In this document: piece after piece, positions 1 to 11,086 of the stretch | How the letters are laid out: each line of letters opens with the position of its first letter | How positions within the stretch are numbered: the first letter of the stretch is position 1 | Virus record (IMG/VR): IMGVR_UViG_3300006922_000005 | Source: a virus | Taxonomy: Duplodnaviria; Caudoviricetes | Reading direction: 5' to 3' (one strand) | Length of the DNA: 64,000 nt | Program-made: the position numbers and the translations under genes | The notes under the pieces: generated by a model | What the model was told of the DNA's origin: nothing | Databases searched by the model: none | What the model saw: only the letters and a program-made list of their open reading frames with translations

Positions 1-67
1 CCTAAACTACCTGCTGAAGTTGTCCATACTGGTTTAGCCATTTTATATCCTCTTACCAGTATTTACC

Positions 68-3058
68 TTAACTATCAAACTGACTTACAATCCACCAACT
101 TGAGTTATACCATACTAGTGTTACAGCGCCGTATTCTGAGTTTTGTGAAACGTTTAAAGTACCAACTGACCCGTTAATTGTTAAGTTAACAATTAGATAT
201 CTGTCAACAAATGTAGCGCCACCGTTTACACTAAATTGTCCTCTGCTTACAACTTTGATTGTTTTCATTTGTCCATCAACTGAACCTGCACCTAAGTCTC
301 CATAAGCCTGATCAGCACCTACTGCTGTCCAATCACCTGTTGAAACAAATGTGTTAGTAGAAGTTGTATCAATTGTTTGTGCTGAAGCAGTTCCTGCAAT
401 ATTTAAAACTTGATTGCTTATATGTGATAGTGTTCCATCAATTCTTACATCACCATCTAAGTGAATATGTCCTGCACCCTGTGATGTAATTTGTAAAGTG
501 TTACCTGAAGGTATTGAAATCTGTGTTCCTGCAAGAGTTAAACTACCAACATCTGCTTTTGTTGTAGTAATAGCATTGTTTACACCGTCAACAATTAAAC
601 TAGAATCATCAGCAAATACACTACCTGTTAAGTCGCCGTCAACTGTTCCTACTGTGCTTGTTGCTGTAATACCTAATGCGTTTACAAAACTTTGTGTTAC
701 TCTTGCATCTACTTTTGAATCTGTAAAGTAAAGGTTAGTTGAACCTTCTGGCAAATTATCAGTAGTATTATTAGTTAATGATACTTTGTTAGCAACTCCA
801 TCTACTAGTAATGTACTATCATCACCAAACACACTACCTGTTATGTCGCCTGTAATTGAAGGACTTGCTGTATGTGTAATCTCACCTGATGTAGCATCGT
901 ACATCAATATAGTTGTACCAACTGCACTTCTAATTGGTTTAATTTTTAAACTATTTGCTGTGGTGTTGTCTAAAGTAGCGCCTGAAGCATTAATTACAAT
1001 TGAGTTTGCGGCTTGATTAGTCATACCTGCTTCATATCCAATTGCAACTGCATAATCTGCTTGTGTAGTTTCACCTGCCTGCATACCAATTGCAATTGAG
1101 CGTATCCCTTGGTTTGTTTGACCTGCTTCGTCACCTATTGCTACTGCACCAGTACCTTGTCCTACTTCACCTGCATCATCACCAATTGCTATTGCTTCAT
1201 CGCCTTGACTTGTTTTACCAGCAGTATATCCAATTGCTACTGTATTGGCACCTTGACTAGTTGAACCTGCTAGTCGACCAATTGCTATTGCACTGTTACC
1301 TTGTGTAGTATTACCTGCATTATTACCAACTGCTATTGCGTAGTCGCTTTGTGTTGTTGCTCCTGACGAATCACCAATTGCTACTGCTTTTAATCCTTGA
1401 TTTGTAAGACCCGCTGATGTACCAATTGCTACTGCAAATCCATTTTGTCCAGTTAGTCCTGCACTATTACCAATTGCAACGTTAGTTGAACTTACTGTTA
1501 AACTTGCTGTATCAATATTACCAACAATTTTATTATTGTTACCATCAACTAGTAATGTACTATCATCTCCAAATACTGAACCTGTAAAATCACCATCAAG
1601 TGTTACAAATTCTAATGCTGTTCCACTTGATGCAACTCTAACAAATTTGCCTGCGTCTGCGGCTGATCCTGCATATGAAGCCGGTGTGTCTGTTAAGCCA
1701 ACGAATGTAGATGAACCACCTCCGCCACCTCCGCCAGCACCCCATGCTAATTCTGTACCTGAAACTGGTACAACTAAAACTTCGCCTGCGTTACCAATTG
1801 TTCTTGGAAACTGGTATGCGTTATAGAAATCAACAGTACCTGTACCGTTAGCATCTAATGTTAAATTTTTATTTGAAACATTTGTTTTAATTCCTGTTTC
1901 ACTAATTTCAATATCATTAAGTGTAGCAACACCGCTTGAATTAAATGTAAAGTAAACTGGTTGACTTGCTGGTGGTCTTCCTGTTTCGAACGGAAGTAAT
2001 GCAACTTGATTAACTGTAGCATCTACAATACTTGCACCAACAGCACCTAATCCTAATGCATTATTATCACTGTCATTAATTGTAAATGATATTGTTGAAC
2101 CAGCACCAGTTGTATATGTTTGTCCACCGGACAATGCTTTGTTAACTACTGTTTCTACGTTAAGAGCATTTAATGCAATGTCACGGAAACTTGTTACTGT
2201 AATTAAATCTACAGGTAAATCAACACTTGTTTGTACTGTTAATGGACTAGGCTTAGTTCTATATGCTAAACCAAACTCACTACCTAACTGTCCTTGTACA
2301 CTAATATCAGCAGTATCAATAATAATTTTACCATCGCCACTTATTGTTTGTGCATTTGTATCAAGTGTTCCTGTAAGTTGTCCTTGAATTCCGCCGTTAA
2401 TATTTCCTAAAATCGTTTGTCCTGAACCTAATGTAAGTCCACCGTTAGCAGTAATTAATCCACCAAACTGTGATGTTCCTGTAATTACAGCATTAGTGTT
2501 TACGGTTAAGTTATCAGTAGTCATTGAGTCTGAATCAATTGAACCAATAGATGTAATTGTACTACCGGATCCACCAATAATACTATTACCTAAGATACTA
2601 AGGTCGCCGCCAAGTTGTGGAGTAGCATCATCCCCAACTTCAAATGCTCCTGTAATTACAATATCATTTCCGCTTTTAGTAACAACAATATTTGCATTAC
2701 CACCTTTTATTCCAACTAGTTGTCCTGATGAACTAGCAGTTAGTGTATCGCCATTATCTACTTGAATTGCTCCAAAGTCGTTGTCTGCTAAATTTGTTGT
2801 GTTTATGTATACGCTGTTACCATCAGATGTAAGTGCAATAGTACCATCACTGTTTCTTAATGATTTAAATTCTAAATTCTGTGCAGTTTTTACTTTAAAT
2901 ACACCTTCACCTATACCTAGGTTTGAAGCAGTATTAGTTTCTCCTCCAACAGCAAGTAATTCTGTAAAGTTATCGTTAACTTTATCAAACGCTGTTCTTA
3001 GATCGTCACCTGTACCATCATTTGGATTAGTACCTATATTAATTGTTTGTATTGCCAT
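68..3058 (-). CDS. Virion structural / tail-fibre-like adhesin (996 aa) with YadA-head-like repeats
   Basis: N-terminal INIGTNPNDGTGDDLRTAFDKVNDNF motif typical of T4-like baseplate/fibre proteins; about ten 16-aa A(V/I)AIG..AG...Q repeats; three GSVF(G/A)DDS repeats; poly-Gly hinge. Confidence 0.75.
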   Translation of the reverse strand: MAIQTINIGTNPNDGTGDDLRTAFDKVNDNFTELLAVGGETNTASNLGIGEGVFKVKTAQNLEFKSLRNSDGTIALTSDGNSVYINTTNLADNDFGAIQVDNGDTLTASSSGQLVGIKGGNANIVVTKSGNDIVITGAFEVGDDATPQLGGDLSILGNSIIGGSGSTITSIGSIDSDSMTTDNLTVNTNAVITGTSQFGGLITANGGLTLGSGQTILGNINGGIQGQLTGTLDTNAQTISGDGKIIIDTADISVQGQLGSEFGLAYRTKPSPLTVQTSVDLPVDLITVTSFRDIALNALNVETVVNKALSGGQTYTTGAGSTISFTINDSDNNALGLGAVGASIVDATVNQVALLPFETGRPPASQPVYFTFNSSGVATLNDIEISETGIKTNVSNKNLTLDANGTGTVDFYNAYQFPRTIGNAGEVLVVPVSGTELAWGAGGGGGGGSSTFVGLTDTPASYAGSAADAGKFVRVASSGTALEFVTLDGDFTGSVFGDDSTLLVDGNNNKIVGNIDTASLTVSSTNVAIGNSAGLTGQNGFAVAIGTSAGLTNQGLKAVAIGDSSGATTQSDYAIAVGNNAGNTTQGNSAIAIGRLAGSTSQGANTVAIGYTAGKTSQGDEAIAIGDDAGEVGQGTGAVAIGDEAGQTNQGIRSIAIGMQAGETTQADYAVAIGYEAGMTNQAANSIVINASGATLDNTTANSLKIKPIRSAVGTTILMYDATSGEITHTASPSITGDITGSVFGDDSTLLVDGVANKVSLTNNTTDNLPEGSTNLYFTDSKVDARVTQSFVNALGITATSTVGTVDGDLTGSVFADDSSLIVDGVNNAITTTKADVGSLTLAGTQISIPSGNTLQITSQGAGHIHLDGDVRIDGTLSHISNQVLNIAGTASAQTIDTTSTNTFVSTGDWTAVGADQAYGDLGAGSVDGQMKTIKVVSRGQFSVNGGATFVDRYLIVNLTINGSVGTLNVSQNSEYGAVTLVWYNSSWWIVSQFDS

Positions 3059-3079
3059 AATAGTTTCCTACACCTTTAT

Positions 3080-6000
3080 TTACAGTCTTCCAACCACAAC
3101 TTCGATGGTTCCAATATCTGTTGAATTATAATCTTGCAGTGCTTTACCGATAACACTCCCTAATTTTGGATTGTCCGTTGCAACTCCAACTCCTGGAACA
3201 TCACTTGTTACAATCATATCACCTTTTGTAATATTACCTACTACTTTACATGGTACACGACCTGTTAATGCTACAGTAACAACAAAGTCTCCTGCTAGGT
3301 CTGCATTCATTAAGTGTGCTGGATTAGTTGAAACTACTCCTGCAACTTTAGTAGTCATCATTTCGTTTGCTTTGGTAACTTCATTTTCACCGCCAAACAT
3401 AATAACTGTGCCTGGCTCATAAGTATTATCACCTAAATAATTCTCTGCCAAGTCAGCAAATCTAGCACTTGTTGCAGTACCTTGGAATAAAGTTGCATAT
3501 ACATTAGCATATTTGTTACCTGATGTTCCAAGATCATATGTATTATTTGCACTTGGTCTAATAGCACGACCAATCAATGTGCCTGTCATTGTATCACCAT
3601 CAATATCTACATAGTCTGCATCGTGATTGTGATTAACTGATGTACTAATATCTGCGGCACCGCTACCATCAAAGTCAACTGTACCTGTTACTGCGCCTGA
3701 TACTGATATTGCTCTTGCTGTTGTAAGTTTAGCCGCACTACCTGCAAATGATGAGTTAGCAACAACTTCTGCTATTGTAAGTGCTGTTGCTCCTGCATTA
3801 TTTTGAATTGTAAAGTTTGTGGCTGTATCTTTTTTCTTAATGACTTCTGCATGTAATGTTGTACCGTAAATATCATTCCAAAATTTTGTACTAGATCCTA
3901 AATCAGTTGTGTTATCTACTTTAGGTTCTAAATTAACAACACGTAAAGTAGTAGCATCGTTCATACTTACTGTGCCGTCTTTCATTAAAGCACCAGCAGT
4001 TTTTACGTTTGCATAATCTGTTACATCTGCACCATCTTCAACATTAGCAATAGTTCTTACCTGTGCAGGTGTAAGTGGACTAACTGCCGACGCCGCACCT
4101 CCGCCTGCAGGTACACCTAAAATACTTGATGCCGCTTGGTGTACAATTTTGCTTAATGGAACACCGTCTGTTAGACCTGTTGAAGTTTTTAAAGTAACCC
4201 AACCTGTGTCAATTGTAAATTGTGAATCATCAAACGCCGCAAGTCCACTTGATTGTTGTATCATACGTGAGTTTGTAACAAAGCCACCGCTGATATAAGG
4301 TGTAAATCCAACTGTTCCGTTTACTGCACCTGTTAGTGCTTGGTCAGTGTAAATTGTAAAGTTTGTATTATCAACTTTACTAATATAATAAAAGTTTGTG
4401 TTAAGTTCAATTGTACCTGCAATATTGTTAATACCAATTAAGTCTCCATTAACAAGATCGTGTGCAGATGAAGTAGTAATTCTAATTGGGTTACTTAAAG
4501 TAACACCACTAATTGCTTTACCACCTGCGTTAGCACTTGCTCTTGCAGTTGCAAGTTCCATGCTTAATTTAGATTGTTGTATTCCAGCAATTTCACTAAC
4601 ATCAGGATCTTTAATAGAACCTGTTGCTAAACCAACTTGTATTGAATTACCTGCTCTTATAAATCTAATGTCACTACCTGTGCCTGTTGGTTCACCAAAT
4701 GTTCTTGAACCACTAACTGCATCAGTTGTAGTATCAAGTGCAGTATTAACCATACCAACAATTGGATTACCTAAACCGTCTACAGTGTTTGTTCCTGTAA
4801 ACATTAATAAATCTGTGTTAGCAGGATTTCCTGTAATAGTTGTACCTTCTAATCCACCAATACTGTTTTGTGTATCTACATATTGTTTTGTAACTGCATC
4901 ACTTCCATCAACTGGATCACGTAACGATTTAATTCTATTACCGTTCATGTCAATTGATCCACTGTCAACAGTACTATCATTTAACATTACAAATGCTGTT
5001 ACATCAGTTCTAACACTGTCTGTAAAGTCACCTTTGAATACACTGTCTGCATATAATTTGTTAATTGCATCAGTGTTGTTTGTTCCTTGGAAAATGTTTG
5101 TAATTTTGTTAGCGTTTAGATTAAGTTCGCCATTCATTCTGTTCCAAGCAAGGTTAGTGCCGTTGTAGCCTGCTCTATTTAATAATCCAAATGTACCACC
5201 AGCCGCCTGTGAACCTGTTGTACTTGGCTCTGGAAAATCACTTCCGTCTTCGTGCTGTCCAATAATACTACTGTTAATATATTTGACTAAAGTTGATTCT
5301 GTTGGTACAGCATCATCTGACTGTCCTTGCATTTTTCTATCAGTTGAAAACTCGTCAATTGATGTACCTTTTGTAAATTTTAAACTGTCAACGTTTGTTA
5401 AACCAATGTTTGCATTAAGTTCAACTGAACCATCGCCTTGGTTAACACGGAAGAACTGTCCAACTCTAAAGTTACCATCTTGGTCTGTACTTGCATAGAA
5501 TGTTCTACCTGATCCAACTTCAACTGCTTCGTTTGCTTGGTCTGCACTAAAGTCTGGTTTACCTTCAGGTGATCCATAAACGTTGTTTGGATAGTTACTG
5601 TCAATATAGTTACCCCAACCAATGTTTAGGAAGTCGTGTCCTGTTGCTCTCATAGTAGAAATACGTGTTGTAACAATTGACGTTGTACCACTTGATAAGT
5701 TTGGTGGAACACGTAAATCTAATAAATGTTCTTGTACATTAGAAACTGTACCAGTTGGTTCTTGTACGTCAAATCTTTCTACGTTTAGAATTCTAAATAC
5801 TTGTGCGTCAATACCTACACCAGCAAATTTTAATGCACTACTTGGTAAAACTCTTGGAGCATCTGTAATACCTGTTAGTAGAACTTTTTTACCAATTGTA
5901 AGTGTAATGTTAGCATCATTTGGAATCTGTGTTCCTGTTCCAATGTTTAGTGCTGATCCTAATGATAGTGTTGCTTTACCACCAAATATTGCATCAGCGC

Positions 6001-9000
6001 CTGATCCACTGTATGTTCCGTCTATTACTGATGTTGCATCAAAACCTGTACTTAAACTTGAGTTTGTGTACATAAAGAATTCTGTAGTTCCATTACCACT
6101 AGTAACATCAATATAGTATGCTCCGTCTATTGTAGTAAAACCGTTTCCGTCAAGTCCTTCAATTACTACAACTGAACCATGTCTAAATCCGTGTGCAGAA
6201 CTTGTTGTAATTTTAGTTGCACTACCTACGTTAATACTAGCAATTTCAAATCTAGCACCTGTGATTTCATTTACTACATATTCTGTTGTGTCACTGTTTG
6301 TTGAGTATGCTGTTAATTCAATCCTTGAATCTTCAAAAGGCAAATAATCAAAGTCTTTAATTTTTATTTCTGTATTACCTGATTTGTTAACAGTACCGCC
6401 TACTGTATCTGCTTTAACAATCTGTGTATAATCTGGATCTGGTGAACCAGTTGCTTGTGCGTTAACATGTCTAAAGAATGTTACACCACTTTGTAAGTTT
6501 TCGTTTGGATCACTACCTTCTGCTTTTAAACCAATACGTCCATAACAACTTGAACCGTTAAGTGATCTAATTTGTCCACCGTTTCTTGCCCAATAAGATG
6601 TATCACAATAATAAGTGAATACAGATACTGCTTCAATTAGTCCTGCGTTAGTTGCAATTAATCCAAATCCGTCTGAGTTGATTTGTGTATAGTCATTACA
6701 AGTCATGGACTTGTTACCAGCAGTTTCTAATCTAATTTCAGTTGTTTGTGGAATGTTACCTGTTGAGTTAGATGTTGTTCTTGCTATAATTGTTGTTGTA
6801 CTTGCAAGTGTAAGAGTTTGTTTAAATGTACCTGCACCTAGTCCGTCATCAACTGGTGCTGTTGCTCCAACTACTCTATGTGTAAATTTTTCAAAGTCAC
6901 TTACACCAGTTACAAAGTTTCTTGAATCTTGGTATAAGAATGTTGTTGGTAATTGTATTTCTCTTGTTAAACCTTGTAGTGTAATAGTAGATCCACTTGC
7001 AGGGTTATCAACTACTGTACCATATTGTACACCAGCATTACCGTCAACATATTGACCACCACCACCTTGTCCTGAGAAACTTGAAACTGTTTGTACATAA
7101 GGTGATTTAGTTAAAATTTGTCCTTCTGGATCAAGTACGTTAATAAAACCTTGATGTCTACGTAAACTTAAATTACGTAGTATTGTAGCATTGTTCATTA
7201 AGAACAAATCCATATGTTGGTTTAGTTTCTTAAGTTCAATTACTGTATTGTTATTAATTGTTGCACCAAGTGTTGTAGCCGTTGTTGTATTGATGTCAGA
7301 GTAAATATTACCTCTCCATCTACTAGTATCTCCAACAGCATCTGGATCACTTGCCCAATCTTTAACGTAATATGTTACAGAGTTACTAACAAAGTATAAA
7401 CCGTTAACTGGAGGATAAGCAACATCTTTGATTGTAATTTGATTACTACCAATTTGGTTAACTGAACCACTAAATGTATCTGCACGTGAATACTGTGAGT
7501 CATAGTGATTTCTAAATCTTGATTCTTTTGGAAGTGCTGTTCCGTTATATCTTAATAAGTCACCTTTTTCATATGTTAAGTCGATTGCACGTGAAGGAGG
7601 TCTAACGCCAACTAATGGTTGTATAATTGTACGTCTAAACTCATCACCTTTAAGTGAAACATTTTCTGGCAATACAATTGGAAAGTATTCTTCGTAAAGT
7701 CCTGACTCAACAAAAATTGTAATTTCAGGTAATGGAATATTTGTTTCTCTACCTTCACCGCCTGTTTTTGTTGGAGCAACACCTGTACCGTTTGTAATCA
7801 CATTGGTAATAATGTCCATCAATGTACCAATAGTAGTAGACGCTCCTGATTCTGCAATAATTGCCGCATCAATAAATTGTTCAAATCCACTTTGATTACT
7901 AAATGTACCTTCAAATGTTGGTAATGATCCAAGTCCTGAATTAATAACAGTTGTAATACTGTTCATTAAGTTGTTTACTTTTGTACTTGCCGCACCTTCA
8001 CCGTTGTTTGAACTTGTGTATTGTGTATATGTTGATTGTTTACTACTTGTATATGACAAGTTTTGTAAAACAAAGTTTCTTACTAGGTCTTTAGCAAAGT
8101 CTAGTGCATCAACAGTTTGTGCTTGTTGCCCAGCAACTTGACTTGTTGCACCGTCCCAATAGTTTTGTGCGTTATCTCTTGATTTAGTGTTACCACCAAA
8201 TTTTAAATCAAATGCAACGCCTTCTAAAATTAATTTTGTATCACGTCTACATTTAGATTCATTGTATGTAAAGCCTGTCCAAATACCTACATTGTTTGTA
8301 ATTTGATCATTAATATATGCAATAGTTTCTTCAGCAACAAAATCTAAGTTTTGTGTAATTAAATCATGTGCATAAGGATTTCTAGTATTGCTTGGAGCAA
8401 CATATGCAGTGTTTGTTAAAACATTTGTTGTAATTAAATTTTTAGCAAAGTTAATTGCCGCTACTGTTTCACTTTGTTGTCCTGCAACTCTTGATGTAGC
8501 ACCATCCCAATAACTTAATGCCGCATCAACAGTTTTTGAATTACCTACATAAGTTAAATCAAAACTTACAGCATCAATAATTAATCCTAAGTCTCTAAAA
8601 CACTTGTCTCTATTAAATGTAAATGTATCTGCAAAATCATCTGTGTTGTCGCCATCGTTGATTTCGTTTTCAATAAATGCAAGAGTTTCTTCTTGAATAA
8701 ATCTTCTGTTGTCAACAAGTAATTTATTAGCCAGTACGTTTGTTAAATCTTCAGTACCGTCTGCCGCTAGATTAACTGTGTATGGTCCAGGTTTCTTAGA
8801 AGGAACTTTCCAATAAACATCTCCTGTAAATAGTCCTTGATCTTTAAGAACTATATCACCTTTTATAATACGTTCTGCATAAAAACATGCTTCACGTACA
8901 GAGTTAAATGCATATGATTGAGCACGACCAATTTGATTTTCATCAGCACCTGCCGCTTTCATCTGTGCTTCTGTTCTACCTGACTTACTTACAAAAATAT

Positions 9001-9667
9001 TGTTTGTACTTGTAAAACTATTTTTATCTACATAACCTTTTGTCGCCGCTTGTAATGATGGATCTGCAAATGATGGTGTCTCACTTAATAATAGTGGACC
9101 AGTCATTGTGTCACCTGCTAGAGCAACTTTTGAATCTGTATACTTTTTGTTTACTGCTTCATCTGCTAGTGTAGGAACTCTTGGGTCACTACCATTTCTT
9201 AAAAGAATTTGTCCAGTAGCAGTATCACCGCCACCTGCTAAAAAGTTAGTATCAACATAATCTTTAGTTGCGGCATCTCCTGTTTTTAACGGAGTACCTA
9301 AGTTTTCAATTAAAAAGTTGTTAGCATCTAAGTTACCACCAAGTTCCGGACTTGTATCACGTACAACTTCTGTACCTGTATTTCTAATAATAATTTTTGT
9401 AGGATCAGTAGCATTGTCAATAGTAAGGCCTTCACCTTCTAATAGTTTTTCTACTACTGCATCACCAGTTGTATTAGTTGCTAAAATTTTGTTTGCTGTA
9501 ATTGCTGAAGGAGTATTATCTAAGTTTTGAAAGTTTAAACCACCACCTAGTCCTAGTGCCGCATAAATTTCAACAAAGTTGTTATTAACTTTATCAAAAC
9601 CTACTCTAATACTATCACCGGTAGCGTCATTACCCGTAGTACCAATGTTTACTTCTTTACGTGCCAT
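3080..9667 (-). CDS. Very large virion structural / fibre protein (2195 aa) with C-terminal intramolecular-chaperone-like domain
   Basis: Same N-terminal motif as 68..3058; two tandem KC(F/R)RD...YWDGATS.VAGQQ repeats; C-terminal FADLAENY...GRVPCKV...IGKAL domain. Confidence 0.75.
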   Translation of the reverse strand: MARKEVNIGTTGNDATGDSIRVGFDKVNNNFVEIYAALGLGGGLNFQNLDNTPSAITANKILATNTTGDAVVEKLLEGEGLTIDNATDPTKIIIRNTGTEVVRDTSPELGGNLDANNFLIENLGTPLKTGDAATKDYVDTNFLAGGGDTATGQILLRNGSDPRVPTLADEAVNKKYTDSKVALAGDTMTGPLLLSETPSFADPSLQAATKGYVDKNSFTSTNNIFVSKSGRTEAQMKAAGADENQIGRAQSYAFNSVREACFYAERIIKGDIVLKDQGLFTGDVYWKVPSKKPGPYTVNLAADGTEDLTNVLANKLLVDNRRFIQEETLAFIENEINDGDNTDDFADTFTFNRDKCFRDLGLIIDAVSFDLTYVGNSKTVDAALSYWDGATSRVAGQQSETVAAINFAKNLITTNVLTNTAYVAPSNTRNPYAHDLITQNLDFVAEETIAYINDQITNNVGIWTGFTYNESKCRRDTKLILEGVAFDLKFGGNTKSRDNAQNYWDGATSQVAGQQAQTVDALDFAKDLVRNFVLQNLSYTSSKQSTYTQYTSSNNGEGAASTKVNNLMNSITTVINSGLGSLPTFEGTFSNQSGFEQFIDAAIIAESGASTTIGTLMDIITNVITNGTGVAPTKTGGEGRETNIPLPEITIFVESGLYEEYFPIVLPENVSLKGDEFRRTIIQPLVGVRPPSRAIDLTYEKGDLLRYNGTALPKESRFRNHYDSQYSRADTFSGSVNQIGSNQITIKDVAYPPVNGLYFVSNSVTYYVKDWASDPDAVGDTSRWRGNIYSDINTTTATTLGATINNNTVIELKKLNQHMDLFLMNNATILRNLSLRRHQGFINVLDPEGQILTKSPYVQTVSSFSGQGGGGQYVDGNAGVQYGTVVDNPASGSTITLQGLTREIQLPTTFLYQDSRNFVTGVSDFEKFTHRVVGATAPVDDGLGAGTFKQTLTLASTTTIIARTTSNSTGNIPQTTEIRLETAGNKSMTCNDYTQINSDGFGLIATNAGLIEAVSVFTYYCDTSYWARNGGQIRSLNGSSCYGRIGLKAEGSDPNENLQSGVTFFRHVNAQATGSPDPDYTQIVKADTVGGTVNKSGNTEIKIKDFDYLPFEDSRIELTAYSTNSDTTEYVVNEITGARFEIASINVGSATKITTSSAHGFRHGSVVVIEGLDGNGFTTIDGAYYIDVTSGNGTTEFFMYTNSSLSTGFDATSVIDGTYSGSGADAIFGGKATLSLGSALNIGTGTQIPNDANITLTIGKKVLLTGITDAPRVLPSSALKFAGVGIDAQVFRILNVERFDVQEPTGTVSNVQEHLLDLRVPPNLSSGTTSIVTTRISTMRATGHDFLNIGWGNYIDSNYPNNVYGSPEGKPDFSADQANEAVEVGSGRTFYASTDQDGNFRVGQFFRVNQGDGSVELNANIGLTNVDSLKFTKGTSIDEFSTDRKMQGQSDDAVPTESTLVKYINSSIIGQHEDGSDFPEPSTTGSQAAGGTFGLLNRAGYNGTNLAWNRMNGELNLNANKITNIFQGTNNTDAINKLYADSVFKGDFTDSVRTDVTAFVMLNDSTVDSGSIDMNGNRIKSLRDPVDGSDAVTKQYVDTQNSIGGLEGTTITGNPANTDLLMFTGTNTVDGLGNPIVGMVNTALDTTTDAVSGSRTFGEPTGTGSDIRFIRAGNSIQVGLATGSIKDPDVSEIAGIQQSKLSMELATARASANAGGKAISGVTLSNPIRITTSSAHDLVNGDLIGINNIAGTIELNTNFYYISKVDNTNFTIYTDQALTGAVNGTVGFTPYISGGFVTNSRMIQQSSGLAAFDDSQFTIDTGWVTLKTSTGLTDGVPLSKIVHQAASSILGVPAGGGAASAVSPLTPAQVRTIANVEDGADVTDYANVKTAGALMKDGTVSMNDATTLRVVNLEPKVDNTTDLGSSTKFWNDIYGTTLHAEVIKKKDTATNFTIQNNAGATALTIAEVVANSSFAGSAAKLTTARAISVSGAVTGTVDFDGSGAADISTSVNHNHDADYVDIDGDTMTGTLIGRAIRPSANNTYDLGTSGNKYANVYATLFQGTATSARFADLAENYLGDNTYEPGTVIMFGGENEVTKANEMMTTKVAGVVSTNPAHLMNADLAGDFVVTVALTGRVPCKVVGNITKGDMIVTSDVPGVGVATDNPKLGSVIGKALQDYNSTDIGTIEVVVGRL

Positions 9668-9670
9668 ATT

Positions 9671-9994
9671 TTAAACTCCGAAACTTTCCCCACATCCGCA
9701 ACTGCTTGTTGCGTTAGGATTGCTAATATTCATATAAGAACCAAAAACTTCTTTCTTAAAGTCTACTGTTGTACCTGCTACAAACATTAGACCTGCTCCA
9801 TCAATGGCAAAACTACCATTGCTTAATTCTATTACTTCATCGTCTTTGTTTACTTCGTTAACAGCATGCCATTCATACGTAAAACCAGCACATCCGCCGC
9901 CCTTAACGCTTAATTTAACGTACTTTGTGCCTTCCTTGGCAATTACGCTTTCCATGTGTTCTTTTGCTGAATCTGTTACATTTACGATGCTCAT
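9671..9994 (-). CDS. iscA: HesB/IscA-family Fe-S cluster assembly protein
   Basis: KGGGCAGF and C-terminal SCGCGESF motifs. Confidence 0.92.
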   Translation of the reverse strand: MSIVNVTDSAKEHMESVIAKEGTKYVKLSVKGGGCAGFTYEWHAVNEVNKDDEVIELSNGSFAIDGAGLMFVAGTTVDFKKEVFGSYMNISNPNATSSCGCGESFGV

Positions 9995-10051
9995 GTCAAT
10001 ATTTATGTTAAAATTTTATAATCCGAATGTAAACGAGTAAATACAACTGAA

Positions 10052-10339
10052 ATGTTTATTAGAGTCGAAAACAGCATTACACATTACTATCGTAAGAGTA
10101 AAAAGGGTAAGTTTCACCCTTATAAACGCATGAAACAAATAGCAGTATTTGTTTGCGATGAGTGTGAAAAAGAATTTAAACGTGAAAAAGGTAAAGTAGA
10201 CCCTAAACGTTTAAGCGACAATTACTTCCATGTATGTGAAAACTGTGATCCTAAGAGATTTGCACAAAAGAAAGGCGTTCAAAAACGTCTTGTGTGGAAT
10301 ATGCCTGCTGGTAGTAGTTTAGATATTAGTAAAATTTAA
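10052..10339 (+). CDS. Hypothetical protein with two CxxC pairs (zinc-ribbon-like)
   Basis: CDEC and CENC; TAAATA late-promoter motif upstream. Confidence 0.6.
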   Translation: MFIRVENSITHYYRKSKKGKFHPYKRMKQIAVFVCDECEKEFKREKGKVDPKRLSDNYFHVCENCDPKRFAQKKGVQKRLVWNMPAGSSLDISKI

Positions 10340-10704
10340 AAGTCTAAAGCAAGTTGCCATTCTTCTGCAACGTTATCTTTGCTCCATTGCGGAAGCATAG
10401 TAGTAACTACTTCAACATTATTAATTTTATCATGTGCTTCAAGTGTAAGTTTTTTCACTTGTTTAAGAAGTTCATCAGCAAACGGACACCATGCACTAGT
10501 GAATGTCATTAATACATGTAATGTACCGTCTGCTGTGATTTTAAGATCATATATCAACCCTAGGTCGTATATGTTTATAGAAATTTCAGGATCAAATATC
10601 CCTTTTAGAGCATCAATTACTGATGAACGTACTTCATCACGTAGTACAGGATCTTCTTGTACATTGTCTAAAGTTTTTTCAAAGGCATTTGATTCGACTT
10701 GCAT
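10336..10704 (-). CDS. DUF59/SufT-like iron-sulfur cluster maturation protein
   Basis: DPEISINIYDLGLIY, MTFTSAWCP, PQWS motifs; start moved to 10704, where ATG overlaps the upstream TAA. Confidence 0.85.
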   Translation of the reverse strand: MQVESNAFEKTLDNVQEDPVLRDEVRSSVIDALKGIFDPEISINIYDLGLIYDLKITADGTLHVLMTFTSAWCPFADELLKQVKKLTLEAHDKINNVEVVTTMLPQWSKDNVAEEWQLALDF

Positions 10705-10868
10705 TAGTCTTCTTTTTTCCAAATAGTCCATGCACCATATGCAATAGCCGCATATGCCGCTAGTTTTGCAAAAGGTCCTGCAATAAGAACAATAACTCCG
10801 ATTGCAATAAGAGCCGCTCCATCTAGTGATGTACGCTCTTCAAGTCTTGCTTTAATCCAATTTTTCAT
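10704..10868 (-). CDS. Small membrane protein (54 aa, MKNWIKARLEERTSLDGAALIAIG...), not in ORF track
   Basis: Read by hand; AGGGG SD; stop overlaps next ATG; hydrophobic. Confidence 0.65.
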   Translation of the reverse strand: MKNWIKARLEERTSLDGAALIAIGVIVLIAGPFAKLAAYAAIAYGAWTIWKKED

Positions 10869-10879
10869 TTGTTTCCCCT

Positions 10880-11086
10880 TTATTTCTTTGTTGCTTTTTT
10901 CTTTGCAACTGTTTTCTTGGCCGCTGTTTTTTTAGCAGGCGCTTTTTTCTTGGCCGCTGGTTTTTTAGCAGGCGCTTTTTTCTTTGTAACTGTTTTCTTC
11001 TTAGGTTTCTTCTCTTTTACTTCCATTTCTTTTGTAAGTACAAGAGTTTCTTCTGATGAAAATAGTCGTGTTAACCATCCAAACAT
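10880..11086 (-). CDS. Small Lys/Ala-rich histone-H1-tail-like protein
   Basis: KKKAPAKKPAAKKKAPAKKTAAKK repeats; AGGAG SD. Confidence 0.65.
   Translation of the reverse strand: MFGWLTRLFSSEETLVLTKEMEVKEKKPKKKTVTKKKAPAKKPAAKKKAPAKKTAAKKTVAKKKATKK

Noticed and set aside
498-9530. Many plus-strand ORFs antisense to the two large structural genes, and similar shadow ORFs elsewhere
   Set aside because: They lie entirely opposite well-supported genes, lack SDs and motifs, and reflect codon bias of the real strand.
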